Origin: Microbacteriaceae bacterium
GTDB taxonomy: Bacteria; Actinomycetota; Actinomycetes; Actinomycetales; Microbacteriaceae
Assembly: GCA_947455435.1 (NCBI GenBank)
Contig: CANGNZ010000001.1
Coordinates: 1-63,319, forward strand
Direction of reading: 5' to 3'
DNA: 63,319 nt
Part shown: positions 19,045-30,496 of the stretch, one piece after another
Layout of the letters: each line of letters starts with the position of its first letter
Numbering within the stretch: position 1 is the first letter of the stretch
Made by a program: the position numbers and the translations under genes
The notes under the pieces: generated by a model
The model's database searches: none
What the model saw: the letters and a program-made list of their open reading frames with translations, nothing else
Told to the model about the DNA's origin: nothing

Positions 19045-19136
19045 AGTTAACCTCCGAGGTCCTTCGGTTACCGGATTCTCAAGTTTACCCGAGAACGAGT
19101 TCTTTTACGTCTTGTGATCCTGTGAAAGCGCTGGGA

Positions 19137-19829
19137 CTAGTGCGCTACAAACAGGTGAACCGCTAAATCATGGTCAAGCGCGACACCTTCGACGTTATTT
19201 TCGGACGTAATAAAGATTCGATTGCCGGAGTGTTCCGCGCTAATTTTTGCCCCGGGAACAATGCCAAGTTCAACTAAGTTCGCCAAGAATTCGGGGTCAA
19301 TCTGGATCGTTTCGGCAATTCGAGCGAGCGTCAATCCACTCGCAGAACCGGTTGAGGCGATAACCGAGGTCAGTGGCGAAACTCCCGTTGCAAAGTCTGG
19401 ATTGGCAGATACACCGAGTTCTTCTAAGCCAGGAATTGGGTTGCCGTATGGCGAAACGTCTGATCGCTTGATCAGACCGAGAATTTTTCGTTCAACCTGC
19501 TCGCTCATCACGTGTTCCCAGCGGCAAGCCTCTTCGTGCACGAACTCCCACTCAAGACCGATGACGTCGGCCAGTAACCGCTCGGCGAGACGGTGCTTAC
19601 GCATAACCCGCACGGCCTGCAACCGGCCTTCAACACTCAATTCGATGTGGCGGTCACCTGCAACCGCTAAAAGGCCGTCACGCTCCATGCGCGAAACCGT
19701 TTGCGAAACAGTTGGGCCAGAGTGGTGCAAGCGTTCAGAGATACGCGCTCGCATAGGCGGCTGACCCTCTTCTTCGAGCTCGAGTATTGTTCGCAAATAC
19801 ATCTCGGTGGTGTCGATTAGATCGGTCAT
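19137..19829 (-). CDS. ideR: DtxR/IdeR family iron-dependent repressor
   Basis: MTDLIDTTEMYLRTI, SGPTVSQTV, MRKHRLAERLL, VHEEACRWEHVMS; GGAGG SD before Met at 19829. Confidence 0.93.
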   Translation of the reverse strand: MTDLIDTTEMYLRTILELEEEGQPPMRARISERLHHSGPTVSQTVSRMERDGLLAVAGDRHIELSVEGRLQAVRVMRKHRLAERLLADVIGLEWEFVHEEACRWEHVMSEQVERKILGLIKRSDVSPYGNPIPGLEELGVSANPDFATGVSPLTSVIASTGSASGLTLARIAETIQIDPEFLANLVELGIVPGAKISAEHSGNRIFITSENNVEGVALDHDLAVHLFVAH

Positions 19830-19897
19830 GTGCCTCCTTTGTCGGTTACAGACTACCCGCGACCCCTCTCGCCTCGCCTTAGGTTCGATATACTTGA

Positions 19898-21016
<1,119 letters not shown>

Positions 21017-21017
21017 T

Positions 21018-21245
21018 TTGAAGTTCTACGTGAAAAGCGCTGAGCGCAAGCCGGACCCTGCACCGCTAGAAACAAACCCACGACCAGTAATAGCCGTGGG
21101 TGTGTTGGTCTGGGTCTTGACCCTAGTCGTTTTTCTTGTTCTTCCCGCGACGGTACCGGCCGCGCGACCTTGGTGGCCGCTTACCTGCGTCTTCGGTATC
21201 GCTCTCGGCGGTCTCGCCTTGCTCAGGTTCCGCCGCCGCAAGTAA
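21018..21245 (+). CDS. Small membrane protein, DUF2530-like
   Basis: ERKPDPAPLETN followed by two TMs, WWPLTCVFGIALG, basic tail; probable TTG start right after serC. Confidence 0.65.
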   Translation: MKFYVKSAERKPDPAPLETNPRPVIAVGVLVWVLTLVVFLVLPATVPAARPWWPLTCVFGIALGGLALLRFRRRK

Positions 21246-21689
21246 CTCGACTTCGTCAATTTCTTCGGCCATGTGCAGTTCTTCGTTGGCGTCTTCATCG
21301 ACGTCCAAGATCTCCACATCTTCGTCGTCTTCATCATCGCCAGCATCGGCCTCTTCTGCATCAAGCGCGGCCTGAGCCTCAAGTTCGGCTTGAAGAGCTT
21401 TGTAGTCGGCCAGGCGCTCAGACCAAGGAACCCAGTCTGGAGCAACTAGTGAAGACTCGCCTGGAAGCAAGACGAACTCGCTCAAGGTTGGCTCGGCGCC
21501 TTCGGGTTGGTAAACCGTTACCGACCAGTGCCAATCGAGGTAGCCCTTCAACTCGCACTTGAAAAGGTAAGAGAAGGTGTTGTCACCCTCATCGACGACG
21601 TCTATAAATGCACCGTGCGCAAGTTTCTCGTTTTTGAGAACCTCCAGTGCGAAGGCAGAGTGGTCTGCGGCTTTGCGAGTCTTAGGCAT
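21123..21689 (-). CDS. DUF3027 family protein
   Basis: GYLDWHWSVT, LLPGESSLVAPDWVPWSERL, acidic tail. Confidence 0.85.
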   Translation of the reverse strand: MPKTRKAADHSAFALEVLKNEKLAHGAFIDVVDEGDNTFSYLFKCELKGYLDWHWSVTVYQPEGAEPTLSEFVLLPGESSLVAPDWVPWSERLADYKALQAELEAQAALDAEEADAGDDEDDEDVEILDVDEDANEELHMAEEIDEVELLAAAEPEQGETAESDTEDAGKRPPRSRGRYRRGKNKKND

Positions 21690-22050
21690 CTAGTTCGTCA
21701 GCAACTTTGCGAAGGATCGCTGCAATGCGAGCACCAGACTTCGGCTCTGGCAGGCGACCGTTGAGGCCGTCCAGTAGGCGAATCAGGTCCTGAATCATCA
21801 CTGCGAGTTCGTCGGCTGGCTTCTTGTCGCGGCGAGCAAGGCTGACCGGAGCTTCGAGGATGCGAACAGACATTGCCTGCGCACCACGCTTGCCGTCGAA
21901 CAGGCTGAACTCAACGCGAGTGCCGTTCTTAACCGAGGTGACACCGGCGGGGAGTGCAGACCCGTGTAGGTAAACCTCCTGGCCTTCATCTGATGCGATG
22001 AAGCCGAAGCCCTTAACGTCGTCGAAAAACTTAACTTTGCCGGTTGGCAT
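21682..22050 (-). CDS. Cold-shock domain protein with C-terminal extension (CspB-like)
   Basis: MPTGKVKFFDDVKGFGFI, VYLHGSALP, IAAILRKVADELD. Confidence 0.9.
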   Translation of the reverse strand: MPTGKVKFFDDVKGFGFIASDEGQEVYLHGSALPAGVTSVKNGTRVEFSLFDGKRGAQAMSVRILEAPVSLARRDKKPADELAVMIQDLIRLLDGLNGRLPEPKSGARIAAILRKVADELDA

Positions 22051-22120
22051 TTGGCACCTCCAAATGTGTCCTCCTTATTTTACCTGTGAACCCGACATGT
22101 TGGACAGGTATCCTATAAGG

Positions 22121-22360
22121 ATGGCTAAACCTAACGCTCCCCAGAAGACTCGCCTAGAAAACGTCCTAGCGTTCATGATGGCAGGTGTCATCGGAATTTC
22201 GGTTCTCGCAATCTTTGCAATGCTGATTGGCGCACTGTTCAAAACTGAGCTACCGTCGCTGTTCATTCTTCTACCTGCAGCTGGGCTACCGTTTGGTGCA
22301 CTTCTCATGATTACCCTGATCATCGTCCAGGCTCGAAACCGCGCCAAAGAAAAGCGCTAA
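22121..22360 (+). CDS. Small two-TM membrane protein
   Basis: RLENVLAFM plus two hydrophobic segments; TATCCT -10 lies 6 nt before the ATG. Confidence 0.7.
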   Translation: MAKPNAPQKTRLENVLAFMMAGVIGISVLAIFAMLIGALFKTELPSLFILLPAAGLPFGALLMITLIIVQARNRAKEKR

Positions 22361-22369
22361 CCAACCCCG

Positions 22370-24049
22370 ATGAGCCAGGTTCTCGATCTCGCAGGCCGCC
22401 TTCGCGCGCTCAGCGACGATGAACTGGTTCGTTTGCTTAGGCTCCGCGGCGGCAGTTCTACGAGCCTCAAAGATTTCTTCGACTTAGCCGAGTGGCTGCT
22501 TCAGCCGAAACACATGGCAACCTTTGTCAACTCCCTCCCCAAGTCGGCACTTTCATACGCCAGCGGTGCAACTTCTGGCCAACCAAACCCGCTGCTGGAT
22601 TTCTTGCGCGAAGGAAAGTTCGTCAGCTTCGAAGGCGGCGGCATTAACCAATCGGCAAGACCAACAGCCGTCACCTTGGGAGAGTCAGATTCGGTTGCCG
22701 GAATTCATGCCTTCGAAACACTTGCCGCAATAACTGAACTTGTTTTTGATCTAGAGCACCGAATTCTGCGCGATGTTGGCAAACAGGGAATCTCTCTGGC
22801 CGATACAAAAAGAATTTCGATCCTCACCGGCAAAGAGCTCGACTTTGTTCGCGCAATCTTTGAACTTGCAGCAGCCGCCGGCTTGATCACCTCGAACGAT
22901 GGTAGATGGTCTCTCACGTCACGCGCCGCTGAATGGGTTGATCTTTCGGCTAGAGAGCGCTGGCAGCTATTGGCCTCGACGTGGCTCGAACTGTTGGGCA
23001 CTGGCGCAGCTACCGAATTGACCACCGAAATAGAAAACGGAATGGCAATGAGCGATGCCGTGAGAGCGTGTTTTCCGCTCGAACGTTTCGACACCCTGAG
23101 TCGTTTTGGTCACGTAATAACCTACGCCGAACTTCTCGGGTTGTCGGTTGACGGGGACACCTCGACCTGGACAAAGCTTTTGCTCGCCGGCAAGCATGAC
23201 GCCGCCGCCTCGCTGATTTCAAAGTCACTACCCACCACCCAATCACGCATCATCATTCAGGGCGACTTATCTGTTATTGCCCCTGGCCCGCTGAGCACCG
23301 ACGACGAACGTGCGCTCCGAGCCTTTGTCGACATAGAGCAAGCCGGACTTGCCTCTCGATACCGGTTATCGGCCCTTAGCGTCAGTTTTGGCATGGAGTC
23401 TGGCCTAAGCACAGAGCAGATGCGCGCAACTCTGCAACGCCTAGCGGGCACTACCCTGCCCCAGCCCGTCGACTACCTGTTGAACGACGCAGTGAAGCGT
23501 TTTGGGCGCATCCGCGTGATCGAGGACGCCAGGACCGGCGGTTGCTTTGTGATGAGTAGCGACGCGACATTACTAACCGAATTGGTGAATGACAGCAGAC
23601 TAAAGCCGTACAACATGATTCGAATCGACTCAGAAGCGCTCAGTTCAAGATTTGCTCGCGATATTTTGTATTTTGGTCTGCGCGAGGTGGGCCACACAGC
23701 CATACGATCTGACAAAGCTGGCGCGGTGATCTCACCCCTAAAGGTTGTCACCGCGGCGGTTCAGAAGGCCGAGTCGGGAGATTGGGCTCAGACGGTCGCG
23801 CGACTTCGCCAGAGCGACCAAACCCTAAGTTCGAGCGCTGATGACGAATCGATCATGCGTCAGATTCTGCTGGCGATTAAGAGCAAGGCAAAAATATCGG
23901 TCACCTTTATTGGCCAAAACGATGTCGAACAAACATTGATTCTTGAACCAAACGGCGTAGCCAACGGACGCATGCGTGCCCGAGACCGCAAAGCGGACAT
24001 CGAGCGAACCATTCCAATCGCAAATATCTCCACAGTCAGTTTTCTGTAG
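22370..24049 (+). CDS. Helicase-associated (Helicase_C_3/XPB-binding) protein with C-terminal WYL-like domain
   Basis: IIIQGDLSVIAPGPL, LASRYRLS, LPQPVDYLLNDAVKRFGRIRV; C-terminal LEPNGVANGRMRARDRKADIERTIPIANI. Confidence 0.8.
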   Translation: MSQVLDLAGRLRALSDDELVRLLRLRGGSSTSLKDFFDLAEWLLQPKHMATFVNSLPKSALSYASGATSGQPNPLLDFLREGKFVSFEGGGINQSARPTAVTLGESDSVAGIHAFETLAAITELVFDLEHRILRDVGKQGISLADTKRISILTGKELDFVRAIFELAAAAGLITSNDGRWSLTSRAAEWVDLSARERWQLLASTWLELLGTGAATELTTEIENGMAMSDAVRACFPLERFDTLSRFGHVITYAELLGLSVDGDTSTWTKLLLAGKHDAAASLISKSLPTTQSRIIIQGDLSVIAPGPLSTDDERALRAFVDIEQAGLASRYRLSALSVSFGMESGLSTEQMRATLQRLAGTTLPQPVDYLLNDAVKRFGRIRVIEDARTGGCFVMSSDATLLTELVNDSRLKPYNMIRIDSEALSSRFARDILYFGLREVGHTAIRSDKAGAVISPLKVVTAAVQKAESGDWAQTVARLRQSDQTLSSSADDESIMRQILLAIKSKAKISVTFIGQNDVEQTLILEPNGVANGRMRARDRKADIERTIPIANISTVSFL

Positions 24050-24075
24050 TCGGTTGCAAGAAATAGGCTAGAAGG

Positions 24076-25713
24076 ATGACCACGGGGCCACTTATTGTTC
24101 AGAGCGACAAAACCGCTCTACTCGAAGTCGATCACCCGATGGCTTCAGACGCCCGCCACGACTTGGCGGTTTTCGCCGAGCTTGAGCGCGCACCCGAGCA
24201 CATCCACACCTACCGAATCACCAGACTTGGCCTCTGGAACGCGCGAGCAGCCGGCCACGACGCCGAGTTTGTCCTCGGGGTCCTAGATCGCTACGCAAAG
24301 TTTGCGGTACCACAGTCGGTTCGCACCGACATCACCGAAACGATGTCGCGCTATGGTCGCCTAACGATTCTTCGCGGCGAAGACGGCGAACTTGAGTTGT
24401 TCTCAGAAGACAAACCTGTTCTTGCCGAGGTTTCACGGCACAAGAAGATCAACGAACTTCTCGGTGGCAGGCTGAGCGAAACCACATTCCGCATCGCTCC
24501 CTGGGCGCGCGGGCACGTCAAGCAAGAACTCCTCAAGCTCGGTTGGCCTGCCGAAGACCTTGCCGGCTACGCTGAAGGCACACCGCATGCCATCGACCTG
24601 GCCGATGGCGACTGGCACATGCGCGGCTACCAGCAGCAGGCAATTGATAAGTTTTGGGCTGGCGGTTCAGGTGTCGTTGTCCTCCCCTGCGGCGCAGGTA
24701 AAACAATTGTCGGTGCCGGTGCAATGACAGTGGCTAAAACCAACACACTGATTTTGGTAACCAACACCGTTTCGGCTCGGCAATGGAAGGCAGAACTTCT
24801 AAAACGAACCAGCCTCACCGAAGACGAAATAGGTGAATACTCAGGTTCCGTAAAAGAAGTGAAACCGGTCACCATCGCCACCTACCAAATTTTGACCACG
24901 AAGCGTAAGGGTGACTACGCGCACCTCGAGCTTTTGAATGCAAAAGACTGGGGGCTTATTGTCTATGACGAAGTTCACCTTCTGCCTGCACCAATTTTCA
25001 AGATGACCGCAGACCTGCAAGCTCGCCGTCGTCTCGGCTTGACAGCAACCCTAGTTCGCGAGGACGGCAAAGAGGGCGACGTGTTCTCACTCATCGGACC
25101 TAAGCGTTTCGATGCGCCTTGGAAGGAAATCGAGTCGCAGGGCTACATTGCGCCTGCTGCTTGCTTCGAGGTTCGAGTTGACCTCCCTGAGCAGGAGCGC
25201 CTCGAGTACGCAATTTCTAACCAGGACGACCGCTACCGCATCGCAGCTACGTCACCGATGAAGATTCCGGTGATTTCTCGATTGATGAAGAAACACGAGG
25301 GTGAACCGACTCTGATCATCGGCCAGTACCTCGATCAGATTCATACGGTTGCAACCGCTCTAAAGGTTCCGTTTATTACAGGTGAGACACCTGTCGACGA
25401 ACGCGAGGTGCTGTTTCAGAAGTTTCGAACTGGCGAACTCAACACCCTCGTGGTTTCGAAAGTCGCAAATTTCTCAATTGACCTACCCGAAGCTTCGGTA
25501 GCGATTCAAATTTCAGGCTCCTACGGTTCGCGCCAAGAGGAAGCCCAGCGCCTCGGCCGGTTGCTTCGCCCCAAGGCCGATGGGCGCACCGCAAACTTTT
25601 ACACCTTGATCGCCCGAGACACGGTGGACCAAGACTTTGCGCAGAACCGCCAACGCTTCTTGGCCGAGCAGGGCTACTCTTACGAGATCATTGACGCCGA
25701 AGACCTCCTCTAA
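24076..25713 (+). CDS. xpb: XPB/Ssl2-like SF2 DNA repair helicase
   Basis: GPLIVQSD, VVLPCGAGKT, YDEVH, LGLTATL, SRQEEAQRLGRLLRPK. Confidence 0.95.
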   Translation: MTTGPLIVQSDKTALLEVDHPMASDARHDLAVFAELERAPEHIHTYRITRLGLWNARAAGHDAEFVLGVLDRYAKFAVPQSVRTDITETMSRYGRLTILRGEDGELELFSEDKPVLAEVSRHKKINELLGGRLSETTFRIAPWARGHVKQELLKLGWPAEDLAGYAEGTPHAIDLADGDWHMRGYQQQAIDKFWAGGSGVVVLPCGAGKTIVGAGAMTVAKTNTLILVTNTVSARQWKAELLKRTSLTEDEIGEYSGSVKEVKPVTIATYQILTTKRKGDYAHLELLNAKDWGLIVYDEVHLLPAPIFKMTADLQARRRLGLTATLVREDGKEGDVFSLIGPKRFDAPWKEIESQGYIAPAACFEVRVDLPEQERLEYAISNQDDRYRIAATSPMKIPVISRLMKKHEGEPTLIIGQYLDQIHTVATALKVPFITGETPVDEREVLFQKFRTGELNTLVVSKVANFSIDLPEASVAIQISGSYGSRQEEAQRLGRLLRPKADGRTANFYTLIARDTVDQDFAQNRQRFLAEQGYSYEIIDAEDLL

Positions 25714-25715
25714 AA

Positions 25716-25776
25716 TCACAAGCGACACCCAAGTAACTCTCAGGGTTCTTTCAGGTTTATCCAGCAAACTCTCAGC
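25716..25776 (+). promoter_or_regulatory. OmpR-family (MprA/PhoP-like) direct-repeat operator overlapping a leaderless promoter
   Basis: CA(A)G cores at 25719, 25730, 25741, 25752, 25762 and 25773 (10-11 bp period), including TCTCAG-N5-TTTCAG; CAAACT lies 6 nt before the ATG. Confidence 0.6.
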
Positions 25777-26505
25777 ATGGAGACAATCAAGGTTCTAGTG
25801 GTCGACGACGAGTCGAGCATTCGCGCACAGCTAAACCAGACCCTCACCTTCGGAGGGTTCACGCCGCACGCAGTAGCCACCAGCCAGGAGGCGCTCGAGG
25901 TTGCCAAGGTAACTCCCCCAGACTTCTTCATCCTCGACATCAACATGCCGGCTTTTCTCGATATCAACGTCGAGAACCCTGAAGAGAGCGGCCGCAACGA
26001 AGGTTTGGCGCTTGCCAAAGAACTTCGCAGACTGGGGCATACGGCTCCGATCTTGTTTTTGACCGCCCGCGACGACCGCGAAACTGAGGCTTCTGGCCTT
26101 ACCTTCTGGGGCGATGACTACGTGGTCAAGCCATGGAGCAACGCGGCACTCCTCGCACGCATAAAGGCTATCCTTCGCCGATCTGGCAACGACGGCCACC
26201 GCCCCCGATTCCTGACCGTGGGCGAAGTCTCTGTCGATGAAGACGCCCACGAGGTGAAGGTCGGCGGCACCCCGGTCGAGCTGAGCCCAACCGAATACAA
26301 GCTACTCACTTACTTCATGGAGAACCCAAACCGCGTCTTGAGTAAGGCTCAGATCCTTGACTATGTTTGGGAGTACGACTTCAACGGCGAAATGGGAATC
26401 GTGGAATCCTACGTCTCGTACCTTCGCCGCAAACTGGACCCGCTGACAAAAGAACCTGTACTAATCACCAAACGCGGTGTCGGTTACATGTTTAAATCGA
26501 ACTAA
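25777..26505 (+). CDS. OmpR-family response regulator (PhoP/TcrX-like)
   Basis: VLVVDDE, ILD phosphoacceptor, LFLTARD, LSPTEYKLL, VESYVSYLRRK. Confidence 0.93.
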   Translation: METIKVLVVDDESSIRAQLNQTLTFGGFTPHAVATSQEALEVAKVTPPDFFILDINMPAFLDINVENPEESGRNEGLALAKELRRLGHTAPILFLTARDDRETEASGLTFWGDDYVVKPWSNAALLARIKAILRRSGNDGHRPRFLTVGEVSVDEDAHEVKVGGTPVELSPTEYKLLTYFMENPNRVLSKAQILDYVWEYDFNGEMGIVESYVSYLRRKLDPLTKEPVLITKRGVGYMFKSN

Positions 26506-27962
26506 TGAATACAAAGATCGCCGAAGGTTGGGTGCGCATTTCTCTGCGCAGCAAGCTGACTGCGTTCTCGGTGGCAATAATCGGCGTCCTGCTATTGGTT
26601 TCAAGCGCCGGTACGCTCTCTGTGGTCAAAACCTATCTGCAGCAAAACACCGATTCGATACTTACCAGCACAGCCGGCACACTGGCCGACGAAAACCCAA
26701 CCCAGGTCGCCCTAAAAATCACCGCCAGGCAACTCGACCTCCCCCGACTCCCGAGTGACTACTTCATATCTTTTTTGGCGGCCGATGGCACAGAGCTCAT
26801 TTATATCGTCTCCTCAGCCCAGACCAAGGCAACCAAACCAAACCTGACAAGGTTTACGCTCGACGCCGTCTTGCACACCAGGGGCTTACCATTCGAGGTC
26901 GACTCGAAAGGTGTCCCAGTTGCCGGCTTGGTAAACGGCAAGGGCTGGCGAATGGTTGCAGTGCCAACCACAAACTACTCCGGGTCTCTAGTCGTCGCTC
27001 TGCCAACAGATGCCAACAATGCATTGCTCGACCAGTACCGCGCAATCGGTGCATCATTCGGTTTCTTACTTCTCGTGATCAGCGCGCTCTCGATTTGGGT
27101 CACCATTACCTCCGCTCTTCGCCCGCTTAAAGAGGTGGAGCGCACCGCCGCTGCCGTCTCGGCAGGCGACATAACTCAACGTCTACCCGATCGCCCAGGC
27201 AAGACCGAGGTTGCCAGAATCAACACGGCACTGAACTCCATGCTCGACAGCCTCGAACTGGCGTTTGGGCAAAGAGGCAAGGCACTAGAGCAGATGCGTC
27301 GCTTCGTATCGGATGCCAGCCACGAGCTTCGCACACCCTTGGCGAGCGTTCGTGGCTACGCGGAACTTTATCGAATGGGCGCTCTAAATAAGAAGCAGGA
27401 CCTCAGCGAGGCAATGGAGCGCATCGAAGCAGAGGCAATCCGAATGACCGAGCTGGTTGAAAACCTACTGGTGCTTGCGAGGCTCGACGAAAAAGCCGAA
27501 ATTTCTAAAACAAAGACCAACCTGGTTGCCATGGCAGCCGAGGCAGGCAAAGACATTTCTCTAAACACCGGTGTAAAGGTTTCGATAACCGACCTTGCAG
27601 GCGAACCAATAAAGGCTTTCGAGGTCATGGCCGACGCGGGTGCCATTAGACAGGTGTTGATCAACCTCCTAACTAACGCCGCGAGATTCTCTCCGAGCGG
27701 AAAACCCGTTGCGGTAGCGTTTGGTTTTGAAGGCAAGAAGTCAATCATCGAAGTGCGCGACCAAGGGCCTGGAATCCCCGAGAACCTGCGCGAAAAAGTT
27801 TTCGAACGCTTCTACCGAGCCGATAACTCAAGAAACCGAGAAACAGGCGGCTCTGGCCTAGGCCTTTCTATCGTCAAGGCAATCGTCGAAAGACACGGAG
27901 GCACGATCGTGGCTTTAGAGACGCCAGGCGGCGGAGCGACAGTTCGAGTCGAACTACCTTAG
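26505..27962 (+). CDS. HAMP sensor histidine kinase
   Basis: Two TMs, HAMP, FVSDASHELRTPL, NLLTNA, DQGPG, GGSGLGLSIV. Confidence 0.93.
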   Translation: MNTKIAEGWVRISLRSKLTAFSVAIIGVLLLVSSAGTLSVVKTYLQQNTDSILTSTAGTLADENPTQVALKITARQLDLPRLPSDYFISFLAADGTELIYIVSSAQTKATKPNLTRFTLDAVLHTRGLPFEVDSKGVPVAGLVNGKGWRMVAVPTTNYSGSLVVALPTDANNALLDQYRAIGASFGFLLLVISALSIWVTITSALRPLKEVERTAAAVSAGDITQRLPDRPGKTEVARINTALNSMLDSLELAFGQRGKALEQMRRFVSDASHELRTPLASVRGYAELYRMGALNKKQDLSEAMERIEAEAIRMTELVENLLVLARLDEKAEISKTKTNLVAMAAEAGKDISLNTGVKVSITDLAGEPIKAFEVMADAGAIRQVLINLLTNAARFSPSGKPVAVAFGFEGKKSIIEVRDQGPGIPENLREKVFERFYRADNSRNRETGGSGLGLSIVKAIVERHGGTIVALETPGGGATVRVELP

Positions 27963-28021
27963 TTATCCCCAGAACTTACAGCTGGCGCCACGCGCTGTCG
28001 CCAAGGCTGTTTTATCAATGC

Positions 28022-28309
28022 ATGACACATTTCAGCGTAGACAGCGAGCAAGTGCTCGCAGCAAACACAACCATTCAGGCAACCATTTCGAGGCTCCAAG
28101 CCGAGGTAGACAATCTGCACGCAAACCTGCATGGCTTGCAGGGCTCGTGGCAAGGTGTAGCGGCTAACAGCTTTCAAGAGTTAGTTGGTCGTTGGCGAGT
28201 AACCGCCACCACGGTGCAACACCAGCTCGGCGAGGTGAGCACCGCACTCGCCTTCGCCGCCAAGCAGTACTCCGAGATTGAACAAGCAAACGTTCGACTC
28301 TTCCTTTAA
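28022..28309 (+). CDS. WXG100 family (ESAT-6-like) protein
   Basis: 95 aa helical hairpin with central GSWQG and C-terminal YSEIE (YxxxE). Confidence 0.9.
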   Translation: MTHFSVDSEQVLAANTTIQATISRLQAEVDNLHANLHGLQGSWQGVAANSFQELVGRWRVTATTVQHQLGEVSTALAFAAKQYSEIEQANVRLFL

Positions 28310-28311
28310 AA

Positions 28312-28349
28312 GAAAAGTGGGCGGCACCTTTCGGCGCCGCCCACTTTTC
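28312..28349. terminator. Bidirectional intrinsic terminator between WXG100 and groEL
   Basis: GAAAAGTGGGCGGC-loop-GCCGCCCACTTTTC. Confidence 0.88.
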
Positions 28350-28357
28350 TATGAAAT

Positions 28358-30026
<1,669 letters not shown>

Positions 30027-30033
30027 CTCTATT

Positions 30034-30060
30034 TTGGCACTCTACCGGTCAGAGTGCAAA
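30034..30060. promoter_or_regulatory. CIRCE element (HrcA operator) 2
   Basis: TTGGCACTC-N9-GAGTGCAAA overlapping the likely groEL promoter. Confidence 0.85.
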
Positions 30061-30061
30061 C

Positions 30062-30095
30062 GAAAAACGCCACCCCCGAAGGAGTGGCGCTTCTC
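30062..30095 (-). terminator. cspA terminator
   Basis: AAAAACGCCAC-CCCCGAAGGA-GTGGCG hairpin, T tract on the minus strand. Confidence 0.75.
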
Positions 30096-30111
30096 GTTGT
30101 TAAGTCTTTAA

Positions 30112-30315
30112 TTAGCCAACAACGGTTACGTTGTCTGCCTGTGGGCCTTTGTCGCCACTCTTAACGTCGAACTCAACGCGCTGGTTCTCTTTGAGTTCCT
30201 TGTAGCCATCGCCACCGATAGCTGAGAAGTGCACGAATACGTCTGCACCGCCGTCCTGAGTGATGAAGCCGAAGCCCTTCTCAGAGTTGAACCACTTTAC
30301 GGTTCCTGTTGCCAT
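30112..30315 (-). CDS. cspA: Cold-shock protein
   Basis: [32 protein letters not shown]. Confidence 0.96.
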   Translation of the reverse strand: MATGTVKWFNSEKGFGFITQDGGADVFVHFSAIGGDGYKELKENQRVEFDVKSGDKGPQADNVTVVG

Positions 30316-30496
30316 TTCTTACTCCTGTTACCTATGTTTTCTGTTCGATCAACCGAACATGAGCCGCATAGAAACTGTTGTAACTATGGTCACCTAGGGA
30401 AATCCTTGGGTGGCGCAACGACCTATTAGCCACGCTATCCCATAAAGCCAGAAGTAAATAGGGTCTAAGCCAAATAAATAATTCTTTATAGAGCCG

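Noticed and set aside
19045-19136. c-di-AMP riboswitch or MtrA box upstream of NlpC/P60
   Set aside because: Region is too short and lacks the riboswitch consensus; the TCACA repeats are 8 bp apart rather than one helical turn
19879-19897. IdeR box upstream of ideR/serC (TTAGGTTCGATATACTTGA), and a similar one at 18052
   Set aside because: Only one half-site matches TWAGGTWAGSCTWACCTWA; both coincide with -10 hexamers that explain the AT-rich pattern
27963-27971. DnaA-box-like TTATCCCCA before the WXG100 gene
   Set aside because: Single one-mismatch box, no cluster, no oriC context
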